Shown piece after piece: positions 1 to 12,236 of a stretch of DNA of 54,489 nt; position 1 is the first letter of the stretch; every line of letters begins with the position of its first letter. The stretch is from an uncultured Clostridia bacterium (GTDB taxonomy: Bacteria > Bacillota > Clostridia > TANB77 > CAG-508). The notes beneath the pieces are model-generated. The model did no database searches and was not told where the DNA came from. It worked only from the letters and a program-made list of their open reading frames with translations. The stretch is from the NCBI GenBank assembly GCA_947626735.1, contig CANQTK010000006.1:1-54489 (forward strand), written 5' to 3'. The position numbers and the translations under genes were made by a program.

Positions 1-585
1 CTATCTTTTTAATATTTTATTTAATTCATTTTCAGCTTTTTTTATAAAATAATTATTTTTTTCTATTGGTAAATCAAGTTCATCTATAATTTTTTTTATT
101 TTATCAATTGTATCCCATTCCGTATTTTCTTCTGTTTCTACTTCTATTAATAAATCGCCATTTTTTACAAATTTTAATGCTAATTCAAAATTATTCTTAT
201 AATAAATAATATCATTTTCCTTTATATTCATTATTTCTGAATATCCAATAGCTTCAAATAATCTTTTTGCATCTTCAATATCTTTTATATCACAATTTAT
301 TGAATCTTGAGATAGTATATTTCCTTTTTCATCTATATTTTTCCTTTTAAAAGTAATTTTTTGAATTATTTTATTTTCATCAATAATATATCTTATAATA
401 ACAGCTTTTGACAAAATTTCTCTTGTGGATAGTTTATCTTTATCAATATCATTTGGAATAAAATAATAATCATCTAGAGAAAATTCTCTACCTCTTTTGA
501 ATTTTTTATCTGCTAATATTTTTACCAATTCTTCTTTTGTACTTATTACTTTAATTGTTACTTCATTACTTTCTTTACTTGACAT
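1..585 (-). CDS. CYTH-domain (class IV adenylate cyclase/triphosphatase-like) protein
   Basis: ATG at 585 with GGAGG RBS at 591-595; stop at 1-3. N-terminal EVTIKV, then D.YF, ITFK and IEVE patterns resemble the CYTH fold. Confidence 0.6.
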   Translation of the reverse strand: MSSKESNEVTIKVISTKEELVKILADKKFKRGREFSLDDYYFIPNDIDKDKLSTREILSKAVIIRYIIDENKIIQKITFKRKNIDEKGNILSQDSINCDIKDIEDAKRLFEAIGYSEIMNIKENDIIYYKNNFELALKFVKNGDLLIEVETEENTEWDTIDKIKKIIDELDLPIEKNNYFIKKAENELNKILKR

Positions 586-676
586 CTCAACCTCCAATTA
601 TTTATATTATAATTTTATTTAATTAGTGTTTCTAAAAAATTTTATAGTTTTATTATAAAAAATTACTATATTGTTC

Positions 677-1285
677 TCATAATTTACTAATGAAATATGT
701 AAATAATTTATCAGAATTTTCATCATCTAATAATTCTGGATGCCACTGTACTCCTAGAAAAAATGTTTTTCTTTTATCTTCAATTGCTTCAATTATTTTA
801 TCATCACTATGAGCAGATATATGTAATTTAGTAAATGGGATACAAAATGAATGAAGTGAATTTACTTTTATATTTTCTTCACCTATTATATTATAAAGCA
901 ATGTATCTTTATCAATTTTTATAAAATGTGAATACTTATTTCCATTTTGATGATTGTTAACTGCTATAATATTATGATTATTAAAAGTCATACCCATAAG
1001 TTGCATTCCTAAACATATCCCAAAAGTTGGCTTATCTATATCATATAGATATTTCACGATTTTAATATCTAATTCATGACTAACTTTTCCACCAGGTAAT
1101 ATAATACCATCGCATTTATCAATCAAAGTAGTATCAATTTCTATATTATTTTCGAAATCAAATGGTATGCACATAATCGAAACATTATAATTTTTTAGTT
1201 TTTTAATTAAATAGTCTCTAATTCCATATACAATTCCATCATTTTTTGTTTCATAATCTCTTAAAATTATTCCAATTGTTTTCAT
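677..1285 (-). CDS. Peptidase C26 / gamma-glutamyl-GABA hydrolase family glutamine amidotransferase
   Basis: GIILPGG, GICLGMQ nucleophile elbow, VNSLH and GVQWHPE motifs. Confidence 0.85.
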   Translation of the reverse strand: MKTIGIILRDYETKNDGIVYGIRDYLIKKLKNYNVSIMCIPFDFENNIEIDTTLIDKCDGIILPGGKVSHELDIKIVKYLYDIDKPTFGICLGMQLMGMTFNNHNIIAVNNHQNGNKYSHFIKIDKDTLLYNIIGEENIKVNSLHSFCIPFTKLHISAHSDDKIIEAIEDKRKTFFLGVQWHPELLDDENSDKLFTYFISKL

Positions 1286-2027
1286 AGTATCACCTTATTT
1301 TTCTAAAATTTCAAATATGTTTTTTTACTATAATTGCATTTTATTTTAATTAAGTTTGATATATTATATCATGTTTTGACAATATTTTTATAGTTTCTTA
1401 ATAAATTACTAAAATAATTTCTTCAGTTTTTTATTGTATTTCTTATAAGTGCTAATTTAATGTTTTATCATCGCATATCATGTCTTTCACTTTTACAAAA
1501 TCTGTAACCTTATGAGCTTTGACCAATGGCACAAAACTTGGGGAAACAATATAATACATAATACATACTAAAAATAAAAAATATCATTTTCAGAATGATA
1601 TTTGTATTTGCTATTCTATAAAGTTCAAATAAATATCTTAATTCATTAACCTCATCAATTCTATGCCCAATATCATCTCCGCAATGTGGCTGAATTTTTC
1701 TATTATTCCAATAATCAGTTTATGTATTTCATCACATCTACAAAATTTTACAATAACTTTTCAACTTAATTGAGATAATGTTGAATTTTAATTGTTATAA
1801 GACATTAATGACTAAAAGCAATACATATGAGAGAGCGGTGAAGCTTAAGCGAAAGCCACGATACTCACTATATGTAATACGGGAGTCACTTTATATAAAT
1901 AAAACTATCTAACGCAGATATCAAAGTAAATACAAGAAAAGATATAAATGTAAACTACGTATCAAAATTATTGCATAAAATAAAAAATGTTTTTATAGAA
2001 CATTAAATCCTATAAAAACACACAGAC

Positions 2028-2103
2028 TGGCTGGGGTACTAGGATTCGAACCTAGGAAATGTCGGAGTCAGAGTCCGATGCCTTACCGCTTGGCGATACC
2101 CCA
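2028..2103 (-). tRNA. tRNA-Gln (anticodon CTG)
   Basis: Reverse complement is TGGGGTATCGCCAAGCGGTAAGGCATCGGACTCTGACTCCGACATTTCCTAGGTTCGAATCCTAGTACCCCAGCCA: full cloverleaf, 7-nt anticodon loop, encoded CCA. Confidence 0.97.
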
Positions 2104-2136
2104 AAATAGTTTAAAAAATTATTCACGAGTGACTTT

Positions 2137-2228
2137 CCTTACCAGCGACTCGCTTTGCTCGCTGCATACTGAGACTGTAACTCGCTAAAGCTCGAACAGT
2201 CTCAGCAGCTTGGCGATACCCCAAAATA
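2137..2228 (-). pseudogene. Partial copy of the tRNA-Gln 5' end interrupted by a 64-nt double-hairpin insert
   Basis: 2208-2228 is identical to 2088-2108. The tRNA sequence GGTAAGG resumes at 2143-2137 after the insert at 2144-2207. Confidence 0.7.
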
Positions 2229-2419
2229 ATAAAATTCTTAGTCATGAATTGATTTTCTTACCTATTCATTTATCATATCATATTTTTGCTACCAATGCTA
2301 TACTTTTCCCTAAAATTTTATAGGAAAAATAATCCATACAAAATGAATAGAATTGTTATGCTTGTCAATACTATAATTGAAAAGGTTAGTAATGAAACGA
2401 TTTTAAAGAAATGATATAG

Positions 2420-3727
<1,308 letters not shown>

Positions 3728-3771
3728 AATTTTTAAAATACATTCTTTAATTAATATCGAGTTTTTTCATA

Positions 3772-3806
3772 AAAAGAGATTTTTGAGTGTCTCAAAAATC
3801 TCTTTT
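3772..3806. terminator. Bidirectional intrinsic terminator between convergent genes
   Basis: AAAAGAGATTTTTGAG-TGT-CTCAAAAATCTCTTTT perfect inverted repeat. Confidence 0.75.
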
Positions 3807-3839
3807 CAAATTTTTTATATAAGTAGAAAAGTTCTATTT

Positions 3840-5288
3840 TTATTTCATTTTTTTACTAATTAAGTAATAGCGAATTCCAAAAGCAATACCAGCAATAACA
3901 ACGATAGAAAAAACAAGCATTGAGGTAGAAGAAATACCAGTTTGAGGAATTTCTTCTGGAGCAACTGTGGTATCTGGAGTATCTGGTTGAACTGGAGTTT
4001 CTGGTTTATCTAAAGTAACTTTAACTTTTGGCGTTACATCAGATGTTAAAGTATTGCTTCCATCTTCTGTAGTAATTTCATTTGCTGTAATGTCAACCTT
4101 TTCATTCGTATCTAGTACAACGTCAATTATTTTTTCATCGATTTCTGGTTTTAAAGTTAATTTATAAGAAAGATTACCAGAAGCTTGTGGTCCTAATTCA
4201 TCAATATGCCATATAATGCGTCTATTTTCTAAATCAAGGGTAGAAGATACGGTTCCTAAAGTAGGAGACGCAACGTATGAAAAATCGAAGTTATCTATAA
4301 TTTCTTGTGGAAAATAATCATAAATATCAACATTGGTTAAAGTAGTAGAAGTAGTATCTACAATGTTACTATAAATGGTTTCACAAATAGAATCTTCAAT
4401 ATCTTTATCTGCTACATAATAAAACTGACCAACAGTTGGATTTTCTTGTGTTCCAAAAATTTCTTCTGCTAAAGCTTTATAAGTAAGATTTGTGGTAGAT
4501 TCAACAACAGAAGGATTTAAGCCAATCATAGCAGAAATAACATTAATTCCTGCATCATCTAAAGCTTTTAAAGTCGCTTTCGTTTTGGTAGCTGTTTCAG
4601 CAGAATACGTAAAAGTAATACCACCAACTGCTGTATTTGGTACACCGTCGGTTAATAAAATAATATATTTATTATTGTTTTCCTTAGAAAAACAAGTTTG
4701 AGCTATTTGTAAACCAGCATCAATGTTGGTTCTTGGACCTTGTAAATCATCCGTTGCAATTTTATCAATAGAAGCTAAAATAGTAGTACTATCAGAGGTT
4801 AATTCATTCCTTAAAATGGCATCTTCCAAAGTTCCTTCTCTATCGACATGACCTTCTGCATCCATATGGGTAGAAGTAGAAAAACTAACAACGGAAATTT
4901 GTGTATTTTCATTTTCTAGTAATTTTGTAGCTAACGTTTTGGCAGAATCCGTTACTTCTTGTAGTCTGGTAACACCATCACGAACTTCATTTTGTTTCAT
5001 ACTTTCTGAATTATCAATCACAAATACAATTTCATAAGGTGCATTTGTAATTGGTTCTGCTGTATTAGTAACACGTAAACCAATAGTTAGTTCCTTTTTT
5101 TCCAAATTATAATCTACTATTTTTTTCTCAAAAGTAGCAGTTTCACTCATTTTAATGGTACAAACATTGTTTTCTACAATTTCTAGTTTTGCCTTTTCTG
5201 AACTTGTGGTAGCAGCTAAACAAGTAGTTGAAACAAGAAGTAGTAAAACGATAAGAGCTGTTATTATTTTTTTCTTTGTTTTTAACAT
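3840..5288 (-). CDS. Secreted vWA-domain protein with an LPXTG-like cell-wall anchor
   Basis: Signal peptide; MIDAS motif VIDNSES and LLTDG; Pro/Thr linker, IPQTG, hydrophobic segment and basic tail. Confidence 0.8.
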   Translation of the reverse strand: MLKTKKKIITALIVLLLLVSTTCLAATTSSEKAKLEIVENNVCTIKMSETATFEKKIVDYNLEKKELTIGLRVTNTAEPITNAPYEIVFVIDNSESMKQNEVRDGVTRLQEVTDSAKTLATKLLENENTQISVVSFSTSTHMDAEGHVDREGTLEDAILRNELTSDSTTILASIDKIATDDLQGPRTNIDAGLQIAQTCFSKENNNKYIILLTDGVPNTAVGGITFTYSAETATKTKATLKALDDAGINVISAMIGLNPSVVESTTNLTYKALAEEIFGTQENPTVGQFYYVADKDIEDSICETIYSNIVDTTSTTLTNVDIYDYFPQEIIDNFDFSYVASPTLGTVSSTLDLENRRIIWHIDELGPQASGNLSYKLTLKPEIDEKIIDVVLDTNEKVDITANEITTEDGSNTLTSDVTPKVKVTLDKPETPVQPDTPDTTVAPEEIPQTGISSTSMLVFSIVVIAGIAFGIRYYLISKKMK

Positions 5289-5446
5289 AAAAATCTTCCT
5301 TTCTTTTCTCTTATTTTATTCCATTTTATTATAGTATATACTAGCTTTATTTTCAAGTAAATTACAAAAAAGAAATAAAATTGTAATAATTAGTAGAAAA
5401 AATAGAAAAATTATGATAAGATAGAAAGGCAAATAAAAAAGAGAGG

Positions 5447-7361
5447 ATGTTAAATAGTATGAAACAACCAATACAAGAAACATCAGAAAAACGTCAAAAA
5501 CTATTAGATAAGATAAACCAAACTGATAAAATCAAAACCTTAACAGAAAAACAAAAAGAACAGTTAGCAGAAGAAATTAGAGAAGAAATTATTCATACCG
5601 TTTCTAAAACAGGTGGGCATTTAGCTTCGAATTTAGGGGTAGTAGAACTTACCATTGCACTTCATAGCGTGTTTGATACCCCAAAAGATAAAATTATATG
5701 GGATGTTGGTCATCAAACTTATGTACATAAAATTGTGACAGGTAGAAGAGAAAAAATGCCTACTTTACGACAATTACATGGAATAGCAGGTTTTCCAAAA
5801 GCAAAAGAATCAGAATATGATTGTTTTGATACAGGACATAGTAGTACTTCTATTTCAGCAGCTTTAGGTATGGCAAGAGCACGTGATTTACAACAAAAAG
5901 ATTATCATGTGGTAGCTGTTATTGGGGATGGAGCTTTAACAGGTGGTATGGCTTTAGAAGCACTAGATGATGCGGGAAATAGTAAAACAAGATTGATTGT
6001 AGTATTAAATGATAATGAAATGAGCATTTCGAAAAACGTAGGAGGAATTTCTCGCTTTTTAACAAGAATTCGAACAAAACGTTTTTATAAAAAATCCAAT
6101 AATTTCATTCGAAAAATATTAGAGTATATACCAAAATTTGGTCCTTTTGTCATTCAATTAGCTAGAAAAGTAAAATATAGTTTAAAACAATTAATGCTTC
6201 CTAATATGTTTTTTGAAGACCTAGGATTTAAGTATTTAGGGCCAGTGGATGGACACGATATAGAACGTGTAGAATGGATTTTAAATTTAGCCAAAAAAGA
6301 AAAAGAACCAGTAGTAGTTCATATGATTACCAAAAAAGGGAAAGGCTATGAGCCAGCAGAAAAAAATCCAGATCAATTTCATGCTACTTCAAGTTTTGAT
6401 ATCATTACAGGAGAACCAATCAAAAAGAAAGCCAAAGATTATTCTCAAGTATTTGGGGAAGCTTTAATTGAACTTGCCAAAGAAAATAAAAAAATAGTGG
6501 CAATTACGGCAGCAATGGCAGATGGAACAGGTCTTAGCAAATTTAAACAAATTTTTCCTAGTCGTTTTTTTGATGTAGGAATTGCAGAACAACATGCCCT
6601 TACCATGGCAGCAGGAATGGCAAAAGAAGGATTAATACCGGTCGTTCCTATTTATTCTTCTTTTTATCAAAGGGCATTCGATCAAGTCATTCATGATATT
6701 TGTCTTCAAAATTTGCCAGTTATCATGTGTGTAGATAGGGCTGGAATTGTAGGGCAAGATGGAGAAACACACCAAGGAATTTTTGATTTATCTTTCTTTT
6801 CTATGATTCCGAACCTTACTGTCATGGCACCAAAAGATTTTCAAGAATTAGAAGCAATGCTTTCCTTCGCCGTGAATTTGCGGAAAACCAGTAGTCATTC
6901 GATACCCAAGAGGAGGAGAAGAAGAAAAGTTTAACAAGCAAGAAAAAATAGAATTTGGAAAAGCAGAAATATTACAAGAAGGAAAAGACCTTACCATTCT
7001 TGCTATAGGCAGAATGGTAGCAAAAGCAATGCAAGTGGCTAAAGAATTAGAAAAAGAAAACAAACAAGTGGAAGTTATTAATGTTCGTTTCTTAAAACCA
7101 TTAGATGAAAAAACAATATTAGAGTCGATTCAAAAAACAAAAAAAGTCATTACGATAGAAGATAATATTTTAACAGGAGGACTTGCTTCTCATATAGAAC
7201 ATTTGCTAATAGAAAATGAATTAGAAAACATAAAATTCAAAAGTTTCGGTTGGAACAATAGCTTTGTAGAACATGGAAAAGTAGAAGAACTAGAAAAATT
7301 ATATGGGCTAGATGTAGAAAGTATAGTAAATTATATTTTAGGGACAGGAAAATTTTTATAA
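5447..7361 (+). CDS. dxs: 1-deoxy-D-xylulose-5-phosphate synthase, with a +1 frame break at CGG 6881-6883
   Basis: GGHLASNLG, DVGHQ, GDGALTGG and IAEQHA motifs. Skipping C6881 gives AVNL-G-KPVVIRYPRG and joins the 7014..7361 ORF (about 637 aa from 5447). Confidence 0.93.
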
Positions 7362-7400
7362 AATAATGAAATAACGTATAAAAGATTTTTATAAAAAGAA

Positions 7401-8219
7401 ATGAAAAAAGAGGAAGGTATGGATAGGAATATCTTAAATCAATATAAAAAGCCAGAAGAAAAATTACTTTTATCAAAAGTAATAGATAAAATAGAATTTT
7501 GTAAAATACGAAATCAAATCCAAGAAACCCATTTCTTAGATTTAGCACAACAACAATTAGTAACTAAATTTTTACGCTTGCAAAAGCAGAATCACTATAG
7601 TTTGTTTGGTGGCTTTGAAGGAGCAGAAAGAGCAATGTTTCTTTTCTATCCAGAAAAATTAGAAACTTTAGTAAAAGAAGAAAAGTTAACTTTCAACGAA
7701 TGGATAAAAGTGATTCGTATTACACTTCCAAGTGACATGCAAGGGCAATATGAACACAGAAATTATTTGGGTGCTTTAATGAAATTAGGCATAAAACGCG
7801 AAATGATAGGAGATATTTTAGTGGATGGCCAAGGAGCTGATATTTTGGTTCATGTAGATAGTTTGAAATTTTTGTTAACGAATTTACCAAATTTAACAAG
7901 GTTTCAAAAAGCAAACATAGAAGAAATTACTTTAGCAGAAATAAAAAAAGTAGAAATCAAAAAAGAAGAATTTACCATTACTATTTCTTCTATGAGATTA
8001 GATAACATTGTAGCAGAACTTGCCAAATGTTCTAGAAACAAGGCAATAGAGCTTCTAGAACAAGAAAGAGTATTGATTAATTATGAACCAATAATAAAAC
8101 CGACAAAAGAAATAAAGGTAAACGATAGAATTACGATTCGTGGTAAAGGAAGATTTTTTATCAAAGAAATGATAGGAAATACGAAAAAAGGAAAAATTCT
8201 TATTAAAATAGAAAAATGA
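7401..8219 (+). CDS. YlmH-like S4-domain RNA-binding protein
   Basis: GGFEGAER, HRNYLGALMKLGIKREMIGDI, SMRLD and IRGKGRF motifs. Confidence 0.85.
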   Translation: MKKEEGMDRNILNQYKKPEEKLLLSKVIDKIEFCKIRNQIQETHFLDLAQQQLVTKFLRLQKQNHYSLFGGFEGAERAMFLFYPEKLETLVKEEKLTFNEWIKVIRITLPSDMQGQYEHRNYLGALMKLGIKREMIGDILVDGQGADILVHVDSLKFLLTNLPNLTRFQKANIEEITLAEIKKVEIKKEEFTITISSMRLDNIVAELAKCSRNKAIELLEQERVLINYEPIIKPTKEIKVNDRITIRGKGRFFIKEMIGNTKKGKILIKIEK

Positions 8220-8272
8220 ACACTAGGGACGCCCCTTTTCGTTCCATTTTGGAACGGTGGGGACACCCTTTT
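8219..8272. repeat. GGGAC REP-like repeat, copy 1
   Basis: 54 nt with one mismatch to 15796-15849; internal palindrome CGTTCCA-TTT-TGGAACG. Confidence 0.85.
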
Positions 8273-8348
8273 TTTTATTTTTCTGTTAATAATATAATAA
8301 GTAATGATAAAAGTAAAAATGTAAAATGATAAAAGTTTGTGTCAAAAA

Positions 8349-8377
8349 TTGACAAATTTTTTAAAATCCAATATAAT
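8349..8377 (+). promoter_or_regulatory. Sigma-A promoter
   Basis: TTGACA-N17-TATAAT, a perfect consensus upstream of 8410. Confidence 0.8.
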
Positions 8378-8409
8378 ACAAAATAGAAAATATAAAGGAG
8401 GAAAAAAGA

Positions 8410-8730
8410 ATGGGTATTGCAGCATTAATTTTAGGAATTATATCAATTATAATAGGATTTATTCCATTATGTGGTTCTATTGCATTTGTACCAGCTGTTA
8501 TTGGTTTAATTCTAGGAATTGTGGATACAGTTCAAAAGAAGAAAAAAGATGAAAAAATAGCAGTTTCTGTAGCAGGTTTAGTATTATCTGCTCTTGCCAT
8601 TGTATTTATTGTTTTTTGGGTATTTATTTTTGGCGTAGCTGTAAGTAATGCAGATTTAAACGAAGTAGATAGAGCAACTGAAAACTATTTAACATCTTTA
8701 AATGAATATTATGCAACATATGGAAATTAA
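8410..8730 (+). CDS. Small membrane protein (DUF4190-like)
   Basis: AAAGGAGG RBS; hydrophobic helices with a GIAALILGI...AGLVL pattern. Confidence 0.7.
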   Translation: MGIAALILGIISIIIGFIPLCGSIAFVPAVIGLILGIVDTVQKKKKDEKIAVSVAGLVLSALAIVFIVFWVFIFGVAVSNADLNEVDRATENYLTSLNEYYATYGN

Positions 8731-9151
8731 AAGAATGAACAAAATCATGCATTGGATTAAAGAGAATTATATATATGTTAATATAACACTTTTGTTTTTT
8801 TGCATATATGTAATTCTTTTTCCTATTATTGCGATTCCCATAAAAGCAATTTTTCCTACCTTTAATGAATGTACCTATTTAAGAGTAACAGGAAAACCAT
8901 GTCCTTTATGTGGTGGAACAAGGTACATTCAAAATTTACCCAAAGCATTCACAGATATTACTTATTTATTCCATCCATTTGGCATTATCATGCTGTTTCT
9001 TTTATTTGAAATTATTTATCGAATGTATCAAATTTTAACAAGAAAAAAAGAAAAAACAGGAAAACAAATTAAAATAGATATTTGTATTCATCTATTTGCT
9101 TTACTTTGTTTTTCTTTGTATGAATTACTATTTTTATGGGCAACCAATTAA
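8702..9151 (+). CDS. DUF2752-like membrane protein (start uncertain)
   Basis: C..LRVTGKPCPLCGGTR motif plus transmembrane helices. Confidence 0.75.
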   Translation: MNIMQHMEIKRMNKIMHWIKENYIYVNITLLFFCIYVILFPIIAIPIKAIFPTFNECTYLRVTGKPCPLCGGTRYIQNLPKAFTDITYLFHPFGIIMLFLLFEIIYRMYQILTRKKEKTGKQIKIDICIHLFALLCFSLYELLFLWATN

Positions 9152-9219
9152 AATTTCTTGCTTTTGCAACGTCTCTATGATAGAATAGGGGCAGAAAAAT
9201 CAAATAATGGAGAGAAAAA

Positions 9220-11031
9220 GTGGAAGACAGAAAAGAAAGAATTCGAAATTTTAGTATTATTGCTCATATAGACCATGGAAAATCAACCTTAGCAGACCGC
9301 CTAATTGAAATGACAGGTGTGCTTTCCAAACGTGAAATGGAAGAACAAGTATTAGATAATATGGACATTGAACGTGAAAGAGGAATTACCATTAAATCCC
9401 AAGCCGTTCGTATGAAATATACAGCAAAAGATGGAAAAGAATATGAGTTAAATTTAATAGATACCCCAGGACATGTAGACTTTAATTATGAAGTTTCTAG
9501 AAGTTTAGCTGCTTGCGATGGGGCTATTTTAGTGGTAGATAGTAGCCAAGGGGTGGAAGCACAAACCCTTGCAAATGTGTATTTGGCATTAGATAATAAC
9601 TTAGAAATTTTACCCGTTATCAATAAAGTAGATTTACCAAATGCAAGACCAGACGAAGTGAAAAAAGAAATAGAAGATATTATTGGCATTCCTGCTATGG
9701 ATGCTCCTTGTATTTCCGCAAAATCAGGGCTAAATGTAGACCAAGTGCTAGAAAGAATTGTCACTGACCTTCCTGCACCAACAGGCGATAGTAAGAAGCC
9801 TTTAACCTGTCTTATTTTTGATTCTTTATACAATGACTATAAAGGCGCTATTGCTTATGTAAGGGTAAAAGACGGAATAGTAAAAGTAGGAGACGAAATT
9901 ATGCTGATGGCATCAGGAAAAACTTTTACTGTAACAGAAGTAGGCCATTTTGAACCAGGAAGATATGAACCATGCAATTGTTTAGAGGCAGGAGAAGTAG
10001 GCTATATTGCAGCAAGCATTAAAAGTTTATCTGACCTTCGTGTGGGAGATACGATTACGTTAAAACAAGCACCAGCCTTAGCACCACTTCCGGGCTATAA
10101 AAAGGTAAATCCTATGGTATATTGTGGTTTATACCCAATGGATGGTAGCGATTACGAAAATTTAAAAGTAGCTTTAGAAAAATTGAAACTAAATGATGCC
10201 GCTTTAGAATACGAAGCAGAAACTTCTAACGCATTAGGGTTTGGCTTCCGTTGTGGATTTTTAGGTTTGCTTCATTTAGAAATTATCGAAGAAAGATTAG
10301 AAAGGGAGTTTGACTTAAGCCTAATTACCACTTCACCATCGGTTATTTATAAAGTGTATAAAACAGATGGAACGATGGTAGAATTATATAATCCATCCGA
10401 TTTACCAGCACCAAATGAAATTTCTTATATGGAAGAACCTTATGTAACGGCAGAAATTTTAACACCAAAAGATTATGTAGGAAATATCATGGAAATTTGT
10501 CAAAATCGACGTGGCATTTATATTGACATGAAGTATTTAGATGAAAATAGAGTTACCATTACTTATGAAATGCCTTTAAATGAAATTATTTACGATTTCT
10601 TTGACCAATTAAAATCAAGAACGAAAGGATATGCTTCTTTTGATTACGAAGTAAAAGATTATAGACGTTCTGATTTAGTAAAACTAGATATTTGGGTCAA
10701 TGGTGAAGGAGTAGATGCTTTATCGTTTATTGTTCATAAAGATTCTAGCTATGAACGTGGCAAAAAAATGATAGAAAAATTAAAAACAGCTATTCCAAGA
10801 CAATTATTTGCAATTCCACTTCAGGCAGTTATTGGTGGCAAAATTATTGCAAGAGAAACCATTTCTGCGATGCGAAAAGACGTACTTGCTAAATGCTATG
10901 GTGGAGATATTACAAGAAAGAAAAAGTTACTAGAAAAGCAGAAAAAAGGAAAGAAGAAAATGCGTCAAATAGGAAATGTAGAAATACCACAGGAAGCATT
11001 TTTATCAGTATTAAAATTAGAGGAAGAATAA
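9220..11031 (+). CDS. lepA: Elongation factor 4
   Basis: [31 protein letters not shown] and [14 protein letters not shown] motifs. Confidence 0.98.
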   Translation: MEDRKERIRNFSIIAHIDHGKSTLADRLIEMTGVLSKREMEEQVLDNMDIERERGITIKSQAVRMKYTAKDGKEYELNLIDTPGHVDFNYEVSRSLAACDGAILVVDSSQGVEAQTLANVYLALDNNLEILPVINKVDLPNARPDEVKKEIEDIIGIPAMDAPCISAKSGLNVDQVLERIVTDLPAPTGDSKKPLTCLIFDSLYNDYKGAIAYVRVKDGIVKVGDEIMLMASGKTFTVTEVGHFEPGRYEPCNCLEAGEVGYIAASIKSLSDLRVGDTITLKQAPALAPLPGYKKVNPMVYCGLYPMDGSDYENLKVALEKLKLNDAALEYEAETSNALGFGFRCGFLGLLHLEIIEERLEREFDLSLITTSPSVIYKVYKTDGTMVELYNPSDLPAPNEISYMEEPYVTAEILTPKDYVGNIMEICQNRRGIYIDMKYLDENRVTITYEMPLNEIIYDFFDQLKSRTKGYASFDYEVKDYRRSDLVKLDIWVNGEGVDALSFIVHKDSSYERGKKMIEKLKTAIPRQLFAIPLQAVIGGKIIARETISAMRKDVLAKCYGGDITRKKKLLEKQKKGKKKMRQIGNVEIPQEAFLSVLKLEEE

Positions 11032-11074
11032 ATTTGAAAATATTGAAGAAAAATGAATAAAAAAAGTAGGGTCA

Positions 11075-11350
11075 TTAGACCCTACGATACGTAAAATTAC
11101 AGAGTTTTTCTTCTAAATCAATTTTCTTATCTTGGTAGATATCAGCAATATGTTTATAATGTTCACCTTTAATAGTATATTTTGCTGCTAATTTCAATTC
11201 ATCAATCTCAGGAGACTTAGTTGGATCCTTTAAATATTGAGACAATTGTAAATATTGTTCTGATTTAGATAAACTATCTTGTGCTTTTAGAGAATACTTA
11301 TAAACTCTGTGTTGTAACCACATTTTCCGAATACTTTTTATTATCTTCAT
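11075..11350 (-). CDS. Orphan hypothetical protein (91 aa) with an in-frame CGG at codon 8
   Basis: AGGAGG RBS at 11358-11363 and ATG at 11350; no recognised domain. Confidence 0.55.
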   Translation of the reverse strand: MKIIKSIRKMWLQHRVYKYSLKAQDSLSKSEQYLQLSQYLKDPTKSPEIDELKLAAKYTIKGEHYKHIADIYQDKKIDLEEKLCNFTYRRV

Positions 11351-11465
11351 GTAAAAACCTCCTAAAAGTAGTATAGTAGAAAATGAAAATGAAATTGTAA
11401 TATACCTATTATAGCATAGCACGTGCTAAAAGTAAAGGAAATATAAAAAGAAAGGAAATCTTCTA

Positions 11466-12222
11466 ATGCAAAACAAAGAAATAGATGAAAACCAAGTAGA
11501 AGGCAGAAATGCCGTACTAGAATTATTAGAGTCTGGTAGAGACATCAATAAAATTTATGTACAAGCAGGCGAAAAACATGGTTCAATTTATAAAATTATA
11601 GCAATGGCAAAAGAAAAGAAAGTGTTAGTGTCGGAAGTCGATAAAAATAAATTAAGACAAATGGCACAAACAGAGAATTACCAAGGTGTCATTGCCATAG
11701 CGGCACCATTTGAATATGTAGAAGTAGACGATATTCTAGAAGAAGCCAAAAAAAGAAAAGAAGATTCATTTATTGTTATACTAGATGGAATTGAAGATGT
11801 GCATAATTTAGGTTCCATCATTCGAACTGCAGAAACAGCCGGGGTGCATGGTATCATTATTCCAAAAAGAAGGGCAGCAGCGGTAAATAGCACAGTTAGC
11901 AAAGTTTCAGCAGGTGCGGTAGAACATATGAAAATAGCAAGAGTCAATAACTTAAATGAAACCATGAGTTATTTAAAAGAAAAAGGCTTATGGATTTGTG
12001 GAACTGATATGAATACTAACACGAATTACGATGAACAAGATTATAAACGGACCTATTGCCCTTGTCATTGGAAGCGAGGGCTATGGCATGAGTAGACTGG
12101 TAAAAGAAAATTGTGATTTTTTAGTAAAAATCCCTATGATGGGTAAAATAACATCATTAAATGCTTCTGTATCGGCAGGTATTGTCATTTATGAAGCAGT
12201 CAAACAAAGGAGAAAAAAATAA
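11466..12222 (+). CDS. rlmB: 23S rRNA Gm2251 methyltransferase (TrmH/SpoU family), with a +1 frame break at CGG 12048-12050
   Basis: EGRNAVLE and [10 protein letters not shown] motifs. Skipping C12048 gives [14 protein letters not shown]...SLNASVSAG (251 aa). Confidence 0.92.
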
Positions 12223-12236
12223 AGGAGGAAAGAAAA

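Larger units (their letters stand above)
1..2027. mobile_element. Possible edge of a genomic island next to the tRNA-Gln 3' end
   Basis: Very AT-rich, genes on the minus strand unlike the rest of the window, long degenerate intergenic DNA, abutting the tRNA CCA end. No integrase is visible in the window. Confidence 0.35.

Noticed and set aside
1286-1800. Gene remnants in the AT-rich intergenic region
   Set aside because: Only short stop-interrupted frames with no family I can recognise.
2028-2103. tRNA-Gln as a frameshift-suppressor or CGG-decoding tRNA
   Set aside because: The anticodon loop is a normal 7 nt with CTG. The only oddity is a 6-nt variable region, which does not implicate it in CGG decoding.
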